Assembly (NCBI GenBank): GCA_964016885.1
Contig: OZ024741.1
Span: 79,422,001-79,486,000, forward strand
Reading direction: 5' to 3'
From: Eledone cirrhosa
Taxonomy: Eukaryota
DNA length: 64,000 nucleotides
The notes under the pieces were generated by a model that had not been told where the DNA came from, searched no databases, and saw nothing but the letters and a program-made list of their open reading frames with translations. The position numbers and the translations under genes were made by a program. This document shows positions 56,371-64,000 of the stretch, piece after piece. Position 1 is the stretch's first letter. The number at the start of each line of letters is the position of its first letter.

Positions 56371-56999
56371 GGTGGAACTTTTTGTTGTTGTTGGTAGCGG
56401 CTTCAGTAGAACAAATGGCTTCTTGGTTGGTTGGTTCGCTGGTTAATTCAAAGTTTGTTTGGCTATATGGGTGGTTAACTGGTTAACAGGTTGGTTGACT
56501 GTCTATTGCATTTTTTTTGGCTTTTGTTGTTGCTGTTGTTGTCATTGTTGTTGGTGGTGGTGGTGGCTTTGTTAGTGGTGTCTGTAGTAGCAGTGGTAGT
56601 GGCCATGATGGCATTGTTCAGGTTTCAGCTCTTGCTCAATTCTGGGGTGTTGGTGGCAGTTTGAGATTTGCTTTCTTCATGCAAATTATAAGCAAGGCCT
56701 CTGTGGACAACCAGCTGTTCTTTTTTGCAGATAAAAATTTGTTTACCACCATGTTATCAAACAAAGTTTTGGGACGGTGACAGTGTATTTTTTTATTAAT
56801 TAGACACAGATTTAGTCGTTAAGGGCTCTAGTCGATAGGGGAAAACCAATTGGTCCACTAGGAACATGGTTGGTTTACCTAGAAAACAATACAAAAGTTC
56901 CAACAAAAAGCATTTTACAACTAACTGAAAAAACAACAAACTTAGGAAGTAGATAAACGTGTTGTGATCATTTTAAAAGCAAATGTAATAATAATAATG

Positions 57000-58977
57000 G
57001 GGAAATTGGGACACAGACAATTCAAGTAAAGAAACCTCCTTCAATTCATGAAATTGAAGAATTCTGGAAAACAGTATGAAGTACAGAAAAATCCTATAAT
57101 GCGAATTCAGAAAGAACATGGAAGAAACACAATAATTTAGAAAGGCAAACTTGGCAAGACATAACTATGGAAGAACTGGGGTTGGCACTAAAGAAAACCA
57201 ACAAATGGAAATCCCCTGGTGTTGATAAAGTGCCAAACTTCAGGTTATATTCTCTAATTGCTACGTTAGTAAAATGTTATGAAGAAATTATGCACAATCC
57301 TGAAAAAACTCCTGATTGGTTTGCACAACATATAACATATCTCTTGATAAAATCGACAGAAACAAGTATTCCAAAAATTCACCATCATGGATTTTGAAAA
57401 CTTTGGATTTTCTGAAAATGTCCCCAGTAATATCAAACTTCCTGAAATACAACATGTCTGTATGGAATACAAACCTATTATTGTTACATAGGGATGGAAT
57501 TATAAATTCCAGCAGCATAAGTATTGACTGTGGTATTTTTTAAAGGTGATTCATTTTCTCCTTTGATATTTTGCATTGCACTCACACCGCTGTCTTTAGC
57601 ATTCAACAAAACAAAATATGGCTACAATATAGACGGCAAATCCATAAATCACCTGTTTTATATTTTGATTATTTGAAGCCGTATGCCAAAAATGACGACA
57701 AACTGGAAGGACTGCTGAAGACAGCCAAATTGGAATGTTAACAAAATTAAGAGAATGGACACCAAAATCAGAAACACTTTTGATCTGTAATAGAATATAT
57801 CACCCAAAAGCAGATGTGGATTGCCTCTATCTCCTTAGACAAAATGGAGGCTGAGGAATGATCCAGCAAAAGCTTTCATACAGGATATCGACCATTGGAC
57901 TCAATCAATACCTTAAAATCTCAGATGACTGGATGATGAAAATGGTTACAGATCATGAAAGGAAGAAGCGGTTACATTCAGTCACAAAGGAAAGTAGGAA
58001 GTTTGTAGAAGAATTAGGAATACAGTTTGAAAATTATGGCGATTCTGCAATTAAAACTGCAAAGAATATCAAAGTGTTGGCAAAACATGAAGGCCAACAG
58101 AGACTGTGCACTAAATGGGAGCAAAAAACCACTGCATGTGCAGTATGTTCTCCATAGCAAAAAACCTAATGAATATGAAATTCTCACCCATCAGTGACTA
58201 TGAAATTCTGGACTAAAGGCAGAGAGTGAGGGATTCATTTTGGCTGCACAAGACCAGTGTCTTCCAGCAGGCAACTTTCAAGCCAATGTGATCAGAAATG
58301 AAGTTGACCCAAAATGTCAATTCTGTGATGACTGTGTTGAGACCATTGACCACCTGGTTTCAGGCTTCAAGGAATTAGCTCCCAAGGAATATAAAACAAG
58401 GCATGATTGAGTGGGGCAATATTTCCACTGGATAATGATCAGATTTTATGGTCTGAAAATGGAGGGAAAATGGTACAATCATCACCTAGATGCAGTAACA
58501 TGAGGCGAGAACATGACAATCCTCTGGGATTTCCCTGTAAATACTGACAGAACAATCAAGCCAACCAACAGACATGATATAATTGTGAAGGACCATAAAG
58601 AGAAAACATGTTTCTTAATTGACATGAACATTCCATCAGATCGTAACATCTCGTTGAAAGAGTTTGGAAAGCTATGTGAGTATAATGATCTATCAATTGA
58701 AATTGAGAAAATGTATCATCTTAAAGTCTGTACAATACCAGTGATAGTCGGTGCACTTGGAATGATAAAAAATGAACTGAAAAATATTTGGACTGGATAC
58801 CTGGAAAGCCAGCTGACTGGCACTGTCCATGTTCAGAGAAGGGCATTATCAATTTAAAAACCTTGTAAACACATTTACTGATGTTTGTACCTTTATGGCA
58901 TCATCTGTAAATGTGTGAACTATCAAATTTTGCCTCAGCATGGTTTGAGAAAGAAGCAGAATTTAAAGTAAGTTGCA

Positions 58978-58978
<1 letters not shown>
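57000..58978 (+). mobile_element. Decayed, internally deleted R4/Dong-type LINE
   Basis: NKWKSPGVDKV, GDSFSPLIFC, SINHLFY, AAQDQ, ILWDFPVNTDR..VIVGALG; (TAA)n on both sides. Confidence 0.85.
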
Positions 58979-59023
<45 letters not shown>

Positions 59024-59025
<2 letters not shown>

Positions 59026-60090
59026 TGTTTCTACTTTAGGCACAAGGCCAGCAATTACCCAGTGCATTACTGGTATAATAATGTTTCTACTTTAGGCATA
59101 AGGCCAGTAATTTGAAGGGGAAGGGAAAGTTGATTAAATCGACACCAGTGCATTGCTGGTGCTTTATTTATTGACCTCGGCAGGATTTGAACTCAGACCA
59201 TAAAGGACTGTAACTCTATACTGTGAAGCATGGTGTCCGATGATCTACTGATACTACCAATCCACCACCCTAATAACACAAAACAACCCAAATCCTAAAA
59301 TCTTTACTACAAATGTAAAGAATATGAGAAGGAAGATGTATGTAAAAGAGACTCTGAAGCTGAAGATGGAATTGAAGACCACAATAAGATAAAGATGGAA
59401 CTAATCCAAGAACTCCCAACAAAAAAGATCTTCCTATGGACAAAAGATTAAAATCAAGATAAAAATCAATGGTGAAATAGCAACAGTTATAATAAAAAAT
59501 GCTAACCTGGCTAACATAGGTTTAATTAACACAATCAGAAGTATCACTAGGCTAAATAACATAATATATGCAGCAGCCACTGTTGTTACAAAAGCACACA
59601 CAAACATGGAAATCAAAGATACAAAAAAAAAAAAAAAGATAGAAATAATCCCAAAACCACACTGAACATACCCAAGGCACTCAGAACTGTGCTCGGTAAT
59701 GCAAGGATGACACAGAATAAAAATAAAACTAATAATTGTTTCTACTTTTGGCACAAGGCCAGCAATTATCCCAGTGTATTACTGGTGCTTTATTTTATTG
59801 ACCCCGTAAGGATGAAAGGCAAAGTTAACCTCGGTGGGATTTGAACTCAGACCATAAAGGGCTGTAACTCTTTGCTGCAAAGCATGGCATCAGACCTTCT
59901 ACTGATACTGCCAATCCACCTAATAATGATAATAATAATGGTCTCTTATATAGGCCTGCAATTTTGGGGGAGGGGAAAGTCGATTAAATTTACCTCAGTG
60001 CATTACTGGTGCTTTCTTTTATCAACCCCACAAGGATGAAAGGCAAAGCTAACTCAGTGGGATTTGAAATCAGAACGTAAAGGGCCATGT
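59024..60090 (-). mobile_element. SINE family-1 copies around a probable R4/Dong N-terminal fragment (59270-59720, +)
   Basis: SINE1 cores at 59085-59270, 59733-59920, 59940-60090; fragment reads ITRLNNIIYAAATVV. Confidence 0.75.
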
Positions 60091-63000
60091 TTTAGAAATA
60101 CCAGACTGGGAACTACCACAGTTTAACTTTCCTTTGTTGATAATACATCAATTAATTGTGTCATGATAAAAACACCAGTCAGTGGTAACTCTAAAACACA
60201 CTTCTCTTCTTTAAGTAAAATGTAAAATACAAATGTATTACTTAATGATGTGAACAATGCTGGAAGCAATGAAGGTGAAGGTTTAGTGTCCAACAAGTGT
60301 TCCACTGTGCAACATGGTGGACCCAGTCATTAACCCGTGACTGCTAGCCAAGAAGCTAGATTGAGTTGAAGCAAATAAGTAAAACATTGTCATGAAATGT
60401 TACTTCCTGAGTAACCATGTTGATGTGTCCCAGAATACCAACAAAGAGTGCACAAACAGTGGAAAGAAAGTGGGGTGTTAAAGATGATGGAACAGTGAAT
60501 ATATGATCAAGCTAGAGCTATGGGTGGTTTACTGATGTGGAGCTTGAGTTTATCAGAAGAAGGGTTATTGATGTGAATAATGAAAGAGCTCAAGAAATTG
60601 ACACCACTAGAGAGGGCAGTGAGGTAGGCAATGAAGAAACAGTCACTGATATGGTGTTTAATCTCAGAAATGAGAAAATATAAGAAGGCAAGGTGAATAT
60701 AATAGATGAGCAGAAATTGTTATTTGACAAGATAGTAGCAAAGTCACTGGAGGACAACAGTAGCTATATCTGTAATTTTAAAAGGGTTGATCAATGGAAA
60801 TTAAGCAGGGAGATCCAGAAAGTTAACAAAGCCCTGAAGAACATATAAACAGCATTAAAGAAACAAACAACTTAATTATGGCAGCAATTATTTTTTTTTT
60901 TTTATATTTAAAAAAAATTATTATTTTAGCAGAGAATATGGGTGTTGACATCAAAAAGAAAAAAGAAAAGAAAATACTGGAGGAAGAAATAAGGAACTGT
61001 AGTGGAAAAGTAGAATACAAAGAAGCATCAACACTCTTTTGAAAAAGATTTCAATATTAGATCAGATCAAAGAACTTAGAAATAAATGTAAGTAGGACAC
61101 AGTAAAAAGAAGGTATGGCAGAGGAAGAGAAGATATCTGCGTTGTTTTTGAAGAATTTGAATAATGTTACAGCAAAAAAAGCAATAATAACGAGATATGA
61201 CCAGTGATTTAAATAATTGTTTCTACTTTTGGCACAAGGCCAGCAATTACCCAGTGCATTATTGATAGTTTATTTTATCGACCCCGTAAGGATGAAAGGC
61301 AAAGTTAACCTCGACGGGATTTGAACTCAGACCGTAAAGGGACGTAACTATGCTGAAAAGCATGGCGTCCGACCCTCTACTGATACTGCCAATTCAATGC
61401 CAGTAAAACAGGTCACTTAGGATGGACCAGAAGAGATTTTACCAGGAAATCAGAAGAGAATGCTCAGGATAAGCATAACAAGATATGACCACCAGTAAAT
61501 TAAACAATACCAGCAAAATAGGTTGTTTAGGGTGGACCAGAAGAGGTTTTAGGAGGAAATCAGCAGAGAATGCTCAGGAGAAGCAATGGTCTCATCATAG
61601 ATAGAAGAGAGTACCATTTGGAAGAAAAGAGAAAAGTATAACAAAAATGCTGGATGGTTACAACATTTGAAGCTAACAAACAGAAATTTACATCATAGAA
61701 TAGAACATTGGAGAAATCAGAAGAAAAACAGGAGCAATTGGAAAGCACTGGGGCCTGATGGGATACAGGGATATTGGATGAAAATATTTACAGTGTCATG
61801 CAAGATCAGCCTTGAGGAAGAAGTACAAAAAAAGGCCTAACCAAATGTAAAACAGTGTTATGCCTGAAAAATATTGCAAAAGGGAATGCTAATTGCATGT
61901 TAACCATTTATGTGGAAGTTGCTGACAGTAGTTATTGCTGATATGGATATTTGGAATAGAATAATATTCTCCTTCAGAAACAGAAAAGTGGGTAGATGCA
62001 AATGCAAGGTTATTAAGGATCAATTTTTGGTGAAAAAAAAACAATATATAGGAACTATAAAAGAAGGGAAACTAACTTAGCCATGTTATGGATAGATTAT
62101 TGCGAGACATATGGTTTAATACCACACTTAAGGATCTAGAAATGCTTGAGTTTGTATGGAACTGAAAAGAATGTTGCAGAGCTTTTGAGTAAAAGCATGG
62201 GTAAATAGAAGATGGAATTGACCTGTTAGAGACAAGGCTTGGGCACAACAGAAATCAAAGCGGGAATATTCTAGGATCACAGCTTGTCCCCATCTCTCTT
62301 TGTACTATGCATCATCATCATCATCATCATCATTGTTTAACGGCTATCTTCCACGCTAGCATGGGTTAGACGGGAATTGTCCCATTTGAGGTAAGATTGG
62401 TCAGGTGACTGTGTCTCGCTCATATAGGACTATCTGGCAGGTTTTCTATGGTTGGATGCCCTTCCTAACACCAACCAAATTTACAGCATGTTGTCACTAA
62501 CTATGATTTTGAAAAGAATGAAAGCTGAACACCATTTCAAGGTGAATCAAGAGAAAGTCGATCGTTTAGCTTTTATGGATGATCTTAAATTGTATGGAAA
62601 CAATGAATCGCAAATAAGCTTACTTGTGGATACTGTATATGGTTTCAGTCTTGAGATTTGAGTAGAATAGGCTTGAACAAATGTGAGGTGTTTGTGTTGA
62701 AAAGAGGAAAAATCAAACACACTGACAGAATAGTGTTGCCATCAGAGGAAGATGACAGATACAAATATCTTGGAATTTTGGAGATGGATAGCATTATGGA
62801 ATAGGAAATCAAATTGAGATTTACAGAAGAATACTTTTGAAGAGTGTGATTAGTTCTTATGACCAAAACAAATTTTAAACCATTCTGTTGAGATATGGTT
62901 TACGTTATTAGTAGGGAAGTTGATGGACTGCAATGTTTGGACTCAAAAACAAGGAACTACTGATGAGGTATGGAGCTTTCCATCCTAGAAGGGATGTTGA

Positions 63001-64000
63001 TAAGTTGTACATACCAAGGTAAAAAGGAGACAGGTTTGATAGGTTGTAAAAACTGTATAAGGACAATGTAGCTTAATATATAAAGAATGCTATTGTTAGA
63101 ACTGAGAAAGTTAGATTTGGTTAATATTGACAATTGCAAAGACAAAGTTCAATACAAAAGAGAAAACACTGAACCTGTAAACAAGTGGGCGGGAAAGAAA
63201 ATACATGGATAATATCTGCAGGACACAGAAACTGAAACTGATGTGGAAAAGATGTGGTTATGGATGCACAAGAGTGAACTGAAACCAGAAACAAAAGATT
63301 TAGTATGTGCTGCTCAGGAGCAGGCCATAAGAACAAATTACATTAAACATGCAATTGACTACACAGCAGAAAGTGACAAATGTAGAATGTGTTGGGGGAA
63401 AAGATAAGACTGTGTGGCACATCACCAATCAAAGCAAACAAAATAGCCCAGAAATAAAACAAATGGTGTCATTATAATGTGACTAGGATCCTCAGTGAGA
63501 GTTGTGCAGAAAGTATGGCCTTGAGAGAGCAGGTAAATGGTATGAACACAAACTAGAAAGCATTGTGGAGAATGTTTGTGTCAAAATATTGTAGCATTTC
63601 ATGATCCAATGTAACCATATAGTATCATTATCATCATCATCATCATCATTTTACGTCCGCTTTTTCCTGCTTGCAAGGGTGGGACTAGAACCTAGAAAAC
63701 CAGATATCATAGGGATAGACAAAAACAGCAAACAATGTCTTAGATGTAGCCTGCTCTGCAGACACCAAGTTTTGTGACAAAGAAAGCAATAAAAAAGAAA
63801 GTTATAAAAAACTAGCTTGGGAGATAAGACACATATGGTCAATGAAGAAGGTAGAAGCAATGTTGTTTGTTGTGAGTGCACTAGGTACAGTCAGTCAATA
63901 AATAGAAAACTACATACAAAGAACAGAAATAAACATCAGAGTAGAAAACAACATTACTTAGAACTGCTTAAATCCTCAGAAAAGTGCTTGAAGGTGTCAC
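60090..64000 (+). mobile_element. Decayed near-full-length R4/Dong-type LINE with nested SINEs
   Basis: NWKALGPDGIQGYW, LAFMDDLKLYG, YKYLG, AAQEQAIRTNY, RKPDII, ILRKVLE; SINE1 at 61215-61395, SINE2/RTE tails at 62310-62490 and 63625-63686. Confidence 0.85.

Overview
AT-rich, microsatellite-laden animal genomic DNA, most likely an octopod cephalopod (inferred from the SINE/LINE repertoire). I found no convincing host protein-coding gene; the long I/Y-rich ORFs are (TA)n artefacts. The window is almost entirely mobile DNA: RTE-clade LINEs (one nearly full length), R4/Dong-type LINEs, a Tx1/L1 3' fragment, two tRNA-derived SINE families, two MITEs, a solo LTR and a 200-N gap. The most interesting layer is a set of Penelope-like element (PLE) 3' ends, many as fold-back insertions in (TA)n. 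By manual folding they carry type-I hammerhead ribozymes (HHR): five with intact cores, four copies of a fixed non-canonical CUGAGAA core, and several decayed. Otherwise dissimilar families share a 3' motif TATT-N1-4-ACTC...GAGTRC, and the inverted arms repeatedly stop at or just before it. All calls are from reading the sequence by eye; no searches were run and boundaries of decayed elements are approximate.
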